A stretch of DNA of 64,000 bases from positions 150,722,001 to 150,786,000 of the forward strand of contig NC_042997.1 of assembly GCF_006345805.1 (NCBI RefSeq), written 5' to 3'. A model generated the notes under the pieces. The model saw only the letters and a program-made list of their open reading frames with translations, had not been told where the DNA came from and did not search any database. Positions 26,440-37,110 of this stretch are shown here, piece by piece. The stretch is from Octopus sinensis. Taxonomy: Eukaryota. The first letter of the stretch is position 1, and every line of letters begins with the position of its first letter. A program made the translations under genes and the position numbers.

Positions 26440-26625
26440 TATATATTCCTTTATTTACTTCAGTCATTTGACCGTGGTCATGCCGGAGAACCGCCTTTAG
26501 TCGAACACTTTGACCCCAAGACTTATTCTTCGTGAGCCTAGAACAATCTATCGGCCTATTTTGCCGAACCGCTAGATAATAGGCATCTAAATACACCGAT
26601 AACTGTCATCAGAAGATGTGTCTGT
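26440..26625 (-). mobile_element. SINE family B 3' part
   Basis: CAGTCATTTGACCGTGGTCATGCCGGAGAACCGCCTTTAGTCGA..TTTTGCCGAACCGCTA. Confidence 0.8.
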
Positions 26626-26644
26626 GACTAACACAGACACAAAT

Positions 26645-26678
<34 letters not shown>

Positions 26679-27084
26679 CACACACACACTCACACACACA
26701 CATATATATATATCTATACAAGATGGGCTTCTTTCAGTATCCCTCTACAAATCCACTCACAGGCTGGGAAGCAAGCGTCTTACCACACAGCCACGCCCGC
26801 ACCTATATATTCATTCATATATTTATTCTTTCTTTATTTTATAAAAGAATATAACATATTTGTGTGTGTGTGTGTGTGTGTGCGTTTGTATGTGTGTGTG
26901 TGTGTTTGTATATAGTCGAATATGCATGTATTTATGTTATCATTAATATCATCCTTATCAATTTTCGATAATCTATGGTGATTGTCGTGACTCGTCACGA
27001 AACTTACTAGATGAGAGTGCGATACGATTTGTAATAGATACAGACTCTATTTATTGATATGCACAATATATCGACAATATATCG

Positions 27085-27246
27085 CTAGGTGCAGGAGTGG
27101 CTACATTGATTAGCTTGTTTACCAACCACATGGTTCCGATTCAGTCCCACTGCGTGGCACCTTGGGCAAGTGTCTTCTACTATAACCTCGGGCCGACCAA
27201 AGGCTTGTTAGTGGATTTGGTATTCGGAAATTGAAAGAGGACCATC

Positions 27247-27333
<87 letters not shown>

Positions 27334-27665
27334 AAAGGCTTGTTAGTCGATTTGGTAGACGGAAACTGAAAGAAGCCCATCGTATATATATATATATGTA
27401 TATATATGTGTGTGTGTGTATGTGTGTGTATGTATGTATGTGTGTATGTACTTATGTACGTTTGTGTGTCTGTGTTTGTCCCACCAACATCACTTCACAA
27501 ATGTTGCTGGAATGTTTATGCCCCAGTAACTTAGCGGTTCGGCAAAAGAGACCGATATAATAAGTACCAGGCTTACAAACAATAATCCCTTGCGTCGATT
27601 TTTTTCGACTAAAGGCGGTGCTCCAGCATGACCGCAGTCAAATGACTGAAACGAATGAAAAAAGA
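27085..27665 (+). mobile_element. Near full-length tRNA-derived SINE family B with internal (TA)n/(TG)n and a duplicated middle segment
   Basis: Head GCAGGAGTGGCT..ACCAACCACATGGTTCCG.TTCAGTCCCACTGCGTGGCACCTTGGGCAAGTG. The segment CCAAAGGCTTGTTAGT..CATCG appears at ~27197 and ~27332. Tail GGCGGTGCTCCAGCATGACCGCAGTCAAATGACTGAAAC. Confidence 0.85.
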
Positions 27666-28929
27666 AAAAAATATGTTTGTTTTTCCTCGATTTCAAAATG
27701 TAAAATACGTGGAAACAAAATTACAAAATTTGAACGGTGCTTCTTTTTAGGCAAAGCGATCTCGTCAATTTTCGCTTCTTCGTAAGTCATAACAAAAGAA
27801 ACAAAAAAAAAAAAACACTTGGTCAGAACGTTTTGTGCAATGTCATGTAATTCTTCTGTCATTTTCCATATTCCTTAAGGGTTTGACCTTAGTAATCCAT
27901 AACTACATTTATCTACATGTGTGCTGAGGACTGAAAGAGGAATGGAGTAAAATATTTTTCTCGGAATGTGTAGTTTCGTGTGTTCTTCAAATTTACAAAC
28001 GTTTGATGTAAAATATCCGGCAGGTTACGTCGAACATCTATTATTATGTGTTACATCTTAACTATTCCCACCGCATCTCGTATCAAATAATAACTTAAGA
28101 AACCATGGTGTGTTTGATGCATTCAGCTGCCTGAAAACAAATGTGAATCCATAAAGGTACTACAACTGTATAAATCATAACGTTTCTGTATAATTTGCCT
28201 TGGAGCTGATAGCGGCAAGAGAGTTAAGCCCTGTTCTTTGTGCAACAGCATGAATCAAGTCATCTCTAGCACAAACTATAAAGTTAGGGGGCGTTAACAA
28301 ACCAATATCAGATGCCCAGCGTTACTGGGGTAATATACGCGAGACCAAGCACACATGCGCCTACATATGTATTTATTCACATACATATACAGATTTATAC
28401 ATGCAAATATGCATGAGTATGTGTATGTGTATGTGTGCCTGTGTATATATACATTTATGTATACATATATATATATATATGCGTGTGTGTGTGTGTGTGT
28501 GTGTACCTGTATTTATGCATACACTCACAAAAGCAAACACACAATCTTCTCTGAAGTAAAAGCAGAGACATCGTGTTTTGCGATGTTCTATCATATTGAA
28601 CTGCTAACGTTAGTTTGAACTGACGATACACCGTAAAGTTCAATGTAATATTATACGACTTTTTAGAAATCGTACTGGTTCTTTTTTATTTTATTTTATT
28701 TTTGTAATATGACAAAAAAAAATGTTCATTTTATTTCATCGTGCGATCAATAAAGACAATCTAACCCTAAAGATTTACTTCATGTTTCGAAATTATATTA
28801 TACCAATATTTTGGAATTTGGAATAGGACCATATTCATTTGACATTAAATCAACATAAACAAATTTTCCTGTCGTTATTAAAGACAATGTATCATGTTTT
28901 ATATAGTATAGTTAGACAATTTAGACATG

Positions 28930-28974
28930 CGTGCGCATGCATTATATATATATGTGTATATGTATATGTATGTG

Positions 28975-29063
<89 letters not shown>

Positions 29064-29135
29064 GCATCTATCTACCTATCTATCTATATACTTAAATACA
29101 CACACGTACATGTATATATATATATGTATGTATGA

Positions 29136-29171
<36 letters not shown>

Positions 29172-29205
29172 TGTGTGTGTGTGTGTGTGTGAGTGTGTGT
29201 ATATT
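28930..29205. repeat. (TA)n/(CA)n/(TG)n compound microsatellite
   Basis: Direct reading. Confidence 0.9.
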
Positions 29206-31129
29206 CAGGAGCGATGGACAGCGATGTTTGGCATCGATGTATATAAAGGCATTTGCTTCACATCTCAACATAATTATGTGTACATTAGGAAGACCTTACG
29301 ACTCTGTAAATTGGACAGATTTGAAATTACTATATAAAACTGTTGACTTTACCTTAGGTTATCCGAGGAAAGTTTATTTTGTTATACTAAATTGTGGTTT
29401 CTATTTCGTCTAATTAAAATCATAACATAATGCATCGAATAACCAACTTAAATATTTCGAATATAATATATTTCGACATATTAGGGCATTTACAATCCAG
29501 TTGTAGCACATCGATAATGAATATTCCGTTCTTAGGCATTATATGAAGAGAATACAATTAGAGTGTTTCGAATAGTTTAATACTTAGACCTGAAAATAAA
29601 ACCTGTGTACATCTCTCGTTATCGTCTATCACTACCTTGTATTTATTTTTTATTAGTTCTGAACAGGGCAGCCAGTTGTTAGAATACTATTTTACTTTCA
29701 GGCAGAATGTGTCTATGGCTATATCAACTATTATGTCGTTCGCTTTCAATACAGTTGGTTTGAGGGAGATTTAGCTGCAATTTGGTGCAGATTGAACCTA
29801 ATGCTTATAGGTTTCTTTATTTGCTCGAACGATTCTGTTAAATACTTATATTGTTGGCACAAATGGCATAATGGAAAGTTTGATATAAAGGAGACACCGC
29901 ATATTTAGTCTAAATGCTTCACGCTGTTTTACTGTTTTCAGTTCAAACCTTCCAGGATCGATATTAGAGTATCTTACAAAAGAAACTAATAGAATTGGCA
30001 CAACTCCAATACTTGTGTTGATTCATCCGGATTAATTCCATTCTCTATTAAATTCATCTTCGTATTATTGACCTGATGCAAAGTCTATTTATTTTAAGGG
30101 AAGTAATAGTGGAAGTTGTGACATTCATAGCATTACTAAACTTATTAGCATCATAAGTGAAATAAAATGGCTTCAACTGGAAATCGATGTTTACGTGTTG
30201 TTGTCATCTCAGCTGTGTCTCTTCTTTTCCATTGCTGCACTTAATATATTATTAGCAATGTGACACAAATTTCTTTCCCAGTCATTTATTTCCACAGAAG
30301 ATACGTAGTGGTGGATAAGATGTGTGTTCTGGAGGGACAAAAGACATTGCAGTTCCTGGTATTTCTACAATATATATGACTACTTGACGAAGAACGTTAT
30401 GATATAAGGGTCATATTGAAAGCTTAAAGCATGCAAACAATATTATTCGCTATTGATTCCAGCAAAATCTAAACTGGAATATCATTGCTTGTATAGCTTC
30501 AGTTGCAATATTTAAGTTCAATTTGTTTGTTTTTTTTTATTGGCAAAAAATAGGAATCGAGTTGATTAAGCACAAATAATTAACATGGATAACAAAATTA
30601 ATTTATTGTAAAGTGTTGGTCTAAATTTTGTCACAAAAGTGTTTCTTTTAAGTAAAATATGATAAATATATTATTGTTGCCAAGGATCTTCTTCAGTAAA
30701 GAACTTTCTTTCCCCATCTCTCCTCCGCTATAACAACGCTATCACAATTATTAATTGATAATACATTTACTTAGTAAAAAAATTCCTGTTACAAGATTTC
30801 AGCCGAGTTTGGCCGTTTTAATTTTTACAAATTTATCTGCTTTTACGCGACCCTTTTTTAATCACGACTGAACTGATTATGGCAGAAAATAAGAAAATAT
30901 AGTCACGACTGACACTGCCTTTCTTTCAGGCATGCAAGATTTTGATTAAAACGAAACAAAAGCTCAACAATCTAAAGAAGAAGGCGTATAAAAACAATTT
31001 AACGATACACATAGCGATAAGAGTACGTTATTAAAAATAGATTTCACGTGAGATAAATTTCGAAAATAATATCCTACTCGACATTTTTATTTTTATAAAT
31101 TTTAAAGAGAAAAGGCTGTTATTTACATT

Positions 31130-31685
31130 TGACGGGTATTTGTCCTAATCTTGTTTGATTGCTAACACAACTTTTCGGCTGGTATGCCCACCAGCCTTCA
31201 TCATGGGGGAATTTGGAACCGGGATTCTGATTCCGAAGGTATTTTTTGGTGTTATAATTATTATCCAAATCACTGCCTGGAATCGAACTCGGAATCTTGG
31301 GGTTAGTAGCCGGCGCTCTTAACCATTATGACATATGCCCGTGGGCAATTATGGAGTGAATTTTAGGGCTATAATACTTTCCTATCCTTTTTTAATACCG
31401 GTTTCCATGTGTTGTTCATATCTGTACTTGGTCTGCTTAGAAGGTTGTTGTGTCCTAGCATATGTGCTGCTTCTTTTAGTTTTCGTGTTTTCCCGTGGTG
31501 TTCTGTTTATTATTTTACCTTCACCCCACATTGGCAAGTGGTCTCCATTTCACCATACATGATCAGCTATACCCGATTTATCAATATCTTATCGTGTCAC
31601 AGATTTGCGATGTTCTTCTGCAGTTATTTTGAGGGAGCGGCATGTTTCGCCTTTGCATAACCTACCAGAGCTGCATAGGTGGTAT
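31130..31685 (-). mobile_element. PLE 3' end (GIY-YIG, tRNA-like segment, pLTR with decayed HHR), inverted copy
   Basis: KGETCRPLKI..EHRKSV..DIDKSGIADHVW; pLTR ATGATGAAGGCTGGTGGGCATACCAGCCGAAAAGTTGTGTT. Confidence 0.85.
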
Positions 31686-31689
31686 TAAT

Positions 31690-32550
31690 AACACACACCA
31701 AGTATGGATACAGGACATCCGTATACCGCAAGCCGACCTTCACTGGATGATACCTTAACTTCAATTCCCACCATCCATACAGTCTAAAGAGAGGAATTGC
31801 TCAGTGACTACAACATCGAGCAATGAATATAAGTAGCAATCGTGATACCCAGCACGGAGAAATGATCAAGCTCAGTAACAATGTATTAAGCAACAACCAC
31901 ATCGAAAACATAATATCTACTCCGATTATGAAGAAAAGAGAGGTCGAAACCAATAAACTGTCAATATTGTGTCTACCCTATGCAAAAGCCCTCTCCTATA
32001 TGTGGCCCATATGACACCAGGACAGTATTTAAATGTAAGAAACACTTCACAAATATCTCTTTCGTGTAAAACCACCAATAGAAGAGAATATGACCAAAAA
32101 CTGCGTGTACTCCATCTCATGCAATTGTGGTATGTTATACAAAGTCGAAACATGACGCCCCATAAAATAAGGGCAGACGAACATCGCAAAGCTATGACAC
32201 GAGGTGATATTGATAAATCGGGTATAGCGTTAGGGTTAGGGTTGGATATAGCTGACCATGTATGAAAAAACGGAGTCCACCTCCCTCTGTGGGATGATGT
32301 TAAAATAATACAAAGACAACACTGGAAAATATGAAAGCTAAAAGAAGCAGCGCCTATGCTAGGACACGACAATCCTATAATCAGACCGAGTACATATGTG
32401 AATAGTATATGGGAACCAGTATTAAGAAAGGATAGGAAAATATTAGATATATAAGCCCTAAAATTCACTCTATAATTGCCCACGACCCTATGGTTGAGAG
32501 CGCGGACTACTTACTCCAAGATTCCGAGTTCGATTCCGAGCAGTGTCCTG
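31690..32550 (+). mobile_element. PLE RT thumb, GIY-YIG and 3' UTR
   Basis: TSVYRKPTFTG*YLNFNSHHPYSLKRGI..LQHRA, SILCLPYAK, KNCVYSISCNCG and EHRKAMTRGDIDKSGIA. Confidence 0.9.
32480..32548 (+). promoter_or_regulatory. tRNA-like Pol III head (A-box and B-box) inside the PLE 3' UTR
   Basis: ATGGTTGAGAGCGCGGACTACT..AAGATTCCGAGTTCGATTCC, B-box GAGTTCGATTCC at 32526-32537. A better-preserved copy lies at 31270-31340 on the minus strand. Confidence 0.55.
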
Positions 32551-32565
32551 AATAATAATAATAAC

Positions 32566-32635
<70 letters not shown>
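32551..32635. repeat. (TAA)n array
   Basis: Direct reading; left flank of the R4/Dong insertion. Confidence 0.95.
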
Positions 32636-32638
<3 letters not shown>

Positions 32639-33385
32639 GGCCAATGTGATGAAAAATGGAGCAGACCCAAAATGCCGATTCTGCAACGACATGATTGAAA
32701 CAGTGGACCACCTAATCTCTGGATGTAAAGTCTTAGCACCAGTGGAGTATAAATTAAGACATGACAGAGTTGGCTAATATCTCCACTGGCTAATAAGTCG
32801 GCATTACAATGTCAAAACTGCCGACAAGTGGTATAATCACCACCCTGAGGCTGTAACTGAAGGAGAAAATGTAACCATTCTGTGGGACTTTCCAGTACAT
32901 ACAGACCGAACCATCAAGGCCAATAAACCAGATATTGTTGTGAAAGACCAAAACAATAAAGTTTGTTTATTGATCGACATGAGCATCCCCTGTGATCATA
33001 ATATCTCAGCGAAAGAGTTTGACAAGCTCAGAAAATATAAAGACCTACTCATTGAAATTGAGAAAATGTGGCATCTCAAGGCGGTTACAATACCAGTGAT
33101 CAAGAAGGGAATCGAAAATTATATGAGAATGATCCCTGGCTTACCATCCCTGCAAGAAGTGCAAAAGATTGTCTTAACTGGTACATCACACGTATTGAGA
33201 AGAGCATTGTCGATGTGAGAACTGTTGCTGCTCATGTATTTTAATTTAACTTTAAAAAAAAAAATGAACGAACTACTGAGTTTGGTTTAATGGCCTACCA
33301 ATGTTTACTATGAGTTTCTTTGCCCTAGGAGTCGGGAAGACACTCGGCAAGAATTGGAAGCAAATTTGAAAGAAGAAAAAAAAGT
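32636..33385 (+). mobile_element. 5'-truncated R4/Dong LINE (CCHC knuckle, PD-(D/E)xK RLE, 3' UTR), relatively young
   Basis: CRFCNDMIETVDHLISGC, ILWDFPVHTDRTIKANKPDIVV, LIDMSIP and KLRKYKDLLIEIEKMWHLKAVTIPV..LQEVQKIVLTGTSHVLRRAL*. Flanked by (TAA)n on both sides. Confidence 0.92.
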
Positions 33386-33431
33386 AATAATAATAATAAT
33401 AATAATGATGATGATGATGATGATGATGATG

Positions 33432-33498
<67 letters not shown>

Positions 33499-33520
33499 TA
33501 ATAACAACAATAACAACAAC
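33386..33520. repeat. (TAA)n/(TGA)n array
   Basis: Direct reading. Confidence 0.95.
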
Positions 33521-33685
33521 ATCGAAAAATACCTTAGGAATGAGAACCCAGGTTCAAAATTTCACCAAGACACCTGATGAAGGCTGGAGGGTATAACAGC
33601 CGAAATTTGTGTTAACAACAAACAAGATGGAAACAAATATAAATAATGTAAATAATGTAGATTATTCCTCATCTTTTAAATATAA
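33521..33685 (+). mobile_element. Remainder of the PLE pseudo-LTR
   Basis: ATCGAAAAATACCTTAGGAATGAGAACCCAGGTTC.. matches the reverse complements of 3095-3225 and 31130-31245. Confidence 0.85.
33569..33613 (+). ncRNA. Minimal type-I hammerhead ribozyme of the PLE pLTR (helix III degraded in this copy)
   Basis: GACAC-CTGATGA-A-GGCTG(GAGGGTATAA)CAGCC-GAAA-TTT-GTGTT. Helix I is GACAC/GTGTT and helix II is GGCTG/CAGCC. Confidence 0.7.
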
Positions 33686-35665
33686 ATGTGTTTTTTAACA
33701 GAAATCTACAAATCACACATTATTACAATTGATGTAATTACTGTTTAACTTGAAATTTGCTCATTAAGATAAATATATATATGTATATTCTGGCTCTCGC
33801 TAGAAATGATTACGGCGAGATTCGGAGGTAAGGTGGTGTCATGGATGATAAGAAAAGACACGCATCCAGTATGGGTGACTAATAGGTTGCACTCTGCTTG
33901 TTCACATGAATGGAGATGCTTTTATTATCATGGGAAAAGACGTGATAGTTAAAACTTATTTATAAAAATAATGACTCTTGTACACTGGTAGTTGTGTACC
34001 TAGTAATGTTTTGTTTTTTCAAAAAAGTTACGAATGATAGGAATCTACTCTATCCGTTCAATTCAGTATGAACCAATATCACACTTCACAGAGAAACAAA
34101 TAATTCTTCTTTTTAGAATGTGAAAATTTAAAGAGCATTATATAAGCTCCCGCCACGGTGGATCTGCAACATAAGCGCCCGAAATAATTTGAAAATGCAT
34201 GCATTAATTGAAAATATAGGAAGCAGAATATAGCCTAGTAAAAAGGGTAATAGATCCTCCTCGGTCATGAGACAAATAAAGAAAAAACATAACTAATATA
34301 TTTTAGATTAAGATGATTGGAGCAGAAAGGTAGCGCGCTTCACCATTGTCTTATAAGTTATAGTTTGTAATATTACTGAGTACGGTGTATGTCAGAGGTC
34401 AGAAATTCCTGGATAAGTGCTTTGAAGTACACTTATCTTTTAAAATAAAATCTCATCGATGTCATGTTTTAGTTTCTACTTAACGAGACTATAAAATAGT
34501 TAGCAATAATATACAAGTTTGATTTATCCGAAGCCACTAATCCCCACAAACTGATGAAATTGTTACAATATTATTCCGAGTTAAATTCAGCAATTATAAC
34601 ACACCCGTGCAAAAGTTGTTTTTACTATTTCATTATTCTTTTTATATAAACTATTAAATCTCATATCTTGGATTAATGTGCAGTCTTTATTGAACCATTT
34701 ATAATTTGATTCGGGATTAAAATCCATTATTTGAAAATTGCGTATTTTAAAACCATGTATTTGTCTTGGTTTGGTATTCCTCCATAAACGAATTTAATTA
34801 TCTTAATTATCATGTTGGATGCGAAAAGCTCTTTTATTTTCAGTAAATTATGGTTCTTTCCGAAGCTCTGCTTTGCATTATAGGAACGAAAATGTACCTG
34901 TTATCTTAATGCAAATGTTGTTCTACAAACAACCACATCGCACAATCATTTCATCAAAATTAATCTAGATTATAAGATTACTTCCAGCCTCTCACGATAA
35001 TCATTTAAAGAATTTTAATATCCAACCGCAATATATTGTGCAATTACAGTACTTAAGTTGTTAGCCGACTATAGTACTGGCATTTTCCGAATCATCGTTA
35101 TAATGTCTTACTGAATACCTCTTAATTTATGCGTTCGTTTATTGTCATCCGTGTATTCAAACTAAAGACACATATTCGAATCTATTTATTTTCTAATTAC
35201 GACTAAGATCCAGATAAACGGTGATAAATCCTCTGGATAATATGTTGTCCATTCTGTTTGTTTTCCCCTTTCTTTAGTAGTGTTAATTGTATTGTTCTTT
35301 GAGACCTAAAAACAAAGTGCCCAATATCAAAGTGTTGCAACAATGCATAATGGATTTCCCCAACTGAAAATATTTTGTAAGAAAATGTTTCATACACCAT
35401 TTACTTACTAGAATGGATTTTCTGCAGAGGAATTGTGAAAACCTTTATTACACGAAGGGCGAAAACACCAGTGGTTCGATCTCCTGAGGTTTCTAACAAT
35501 TTCACTATAACACATTTCGATGGAATACTGATTTCAAATTTCGGCAAAATGCCGGCAATATCGGCGGAAGTGGTAAAATGCATTGTTCCTGATGCTCTTG
35601 TTATCGAACCTAAAAAAAGGAAAGGCAGAATTGTTTTTTCAAAAGTTAAAGAGTAAAGCCATTAA

Positions 35666-36068
35666 TTATTTTGCCCGGCACGCTTACGTTTCTTATTTCT
35701 TTATTGCCCACAAGGGGCTATTCATAGAAGGGAGAAACCAGAACACTGGTACTTAATTTATCGACCCCGAAAGGATGAATGGCAAAGTCGACCTCGGCGG
35801 AATTTGAACTCAAAACGTAACGGCAGACGAAATACCCCTTTTTCTTTACTGCCCACAAGAGGCTACACACAGAGAGGACAAACAAGGACAGACAAACGGA
35901 TTAAGTCGATTATATCGACCCCAGTGCGTAACTGGTACTTAATTTATCGACCCCGATAGGATGAAAGGCACAATCGACCTCGACGGAATTTTAACTCAGA
36001 ATACAGCGGCGGACGAAATACTACAAAGCATTTTGCCCGGCGTGCTAACGTTTCAGCCAGCTCGCCGT
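35666..36068 (-). mobile_element. Tandem multimer of tRNA-derived SINE family A
   Basis: Head ..CGGCGAGCTGGCTGAAACGTTAGCACGCCGGGC. The body GAGTT.AAATTCCG.CGAGGTCGA..GCC.TTCATCCT.TCGGGGTCGATAAATTAAGTACCAG and the tail GCCYCTTGTGGGCARTAAAGAAA each occur twice. Confidence 0.85.
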
Positions 36069-36949
36069 CACAGATTTCGCTAAAATTGTATTCTTCTCAT
36101 GGTCACAAATTTGTTGGTGTTGAAATTAAGTGGTTTTCTTATCTTTCTCAAAGGTATTCGAGGGAAGGTAAATAAAGCTTTTGAACAGATGTTGAAGTTC
36201 TGAAAATGCACTCGGTTTCACCAGTTGAAGTGTTAGTCTTCTGCAGCACTTGTTCCGCTTTACCTTTTATATCCGCAGTTATGTGAAGGTAACGTTATAT
36301 TTTATGACGTATAAAATCACTGAAACTGCATTTGCTGCAAGTATACATAACATTAGGGACGGATATGCTAACTTCATTTATCTTTCTGATCAGATGGAAG
36401 CCATATTATGATAATCATACCGACTAAACACGGAATGTGCCTTACGGTGTTGTTCTGTTCGAAAATATTGATTTTTCACGACCTAAAAATTAGTCTCTGC
36501 ATGCATTGCAAAATTGGTAACATTTGTGTCAAACAGAAAATTTGTTCTACCGTCTCAGGGTAATTTTCTTTGTTCTCTTTTTACACTTGCTGTTTAATAA
36601 TAATTGTGATATAGGTATAATTTTCAAAATGTTTTTTTTTTTTATATAGGTATATTGACAACTATCATGTTTGCGAGATAGTGTAGGTTGATTCGTTTCT
36701 AAAATGCAATTGTGACTGAGATAATTATATAAAATTTAGTGCAAAAGAGTCTGAGTGTTCCGGTGTATATTGTAAATAATCCACTCGGAAAATATTTGAA
36801 ATATAATTGTTATAACTGAAAAGTATTTACTGGCCAGACATAAGTTACACTTAATGAAAAGAATAAAAGTGTAAGAAATTTGATAAATACATATAAGCCA
36901 ATGCATTCTCATATATCGAGCCATTCAGATATGCACATGTATATAGACA

Positions 36950-37110
36950 TAGCCGCAGAAATGACTGTGTGGTATAAAATTTGCTTCTTAACAATATGGC
37001 TCTCCGTTTGGTTCCGGGTTCAACGTAGCATGTTGGGTGTTTTCTACTATGGCTTTAGGCCGACCAAAGCCATGTGAGTGGATTCCGTCAACGGAAACTG
37101 AGAAACGGAA
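36950..37110 (+). mobile_element. SINE family B head, diverged
   Basis: ATGACTGTGTGGTA..GGTTCCGGGTTCAAC..GGCCGACCAAAGCCATGTGAGTGGATT..ACGGAAACTGA. Confidence 0.7.

Noticed and set aside
32551-33520. CRISPR-like or prokaryotic operon interpretation of the repeats anywhere in the window
   Set aside because: No constant-length repeat-spacer arrays and no cas-like or bacterial ORFs; the content is typical animal repeat DNA.
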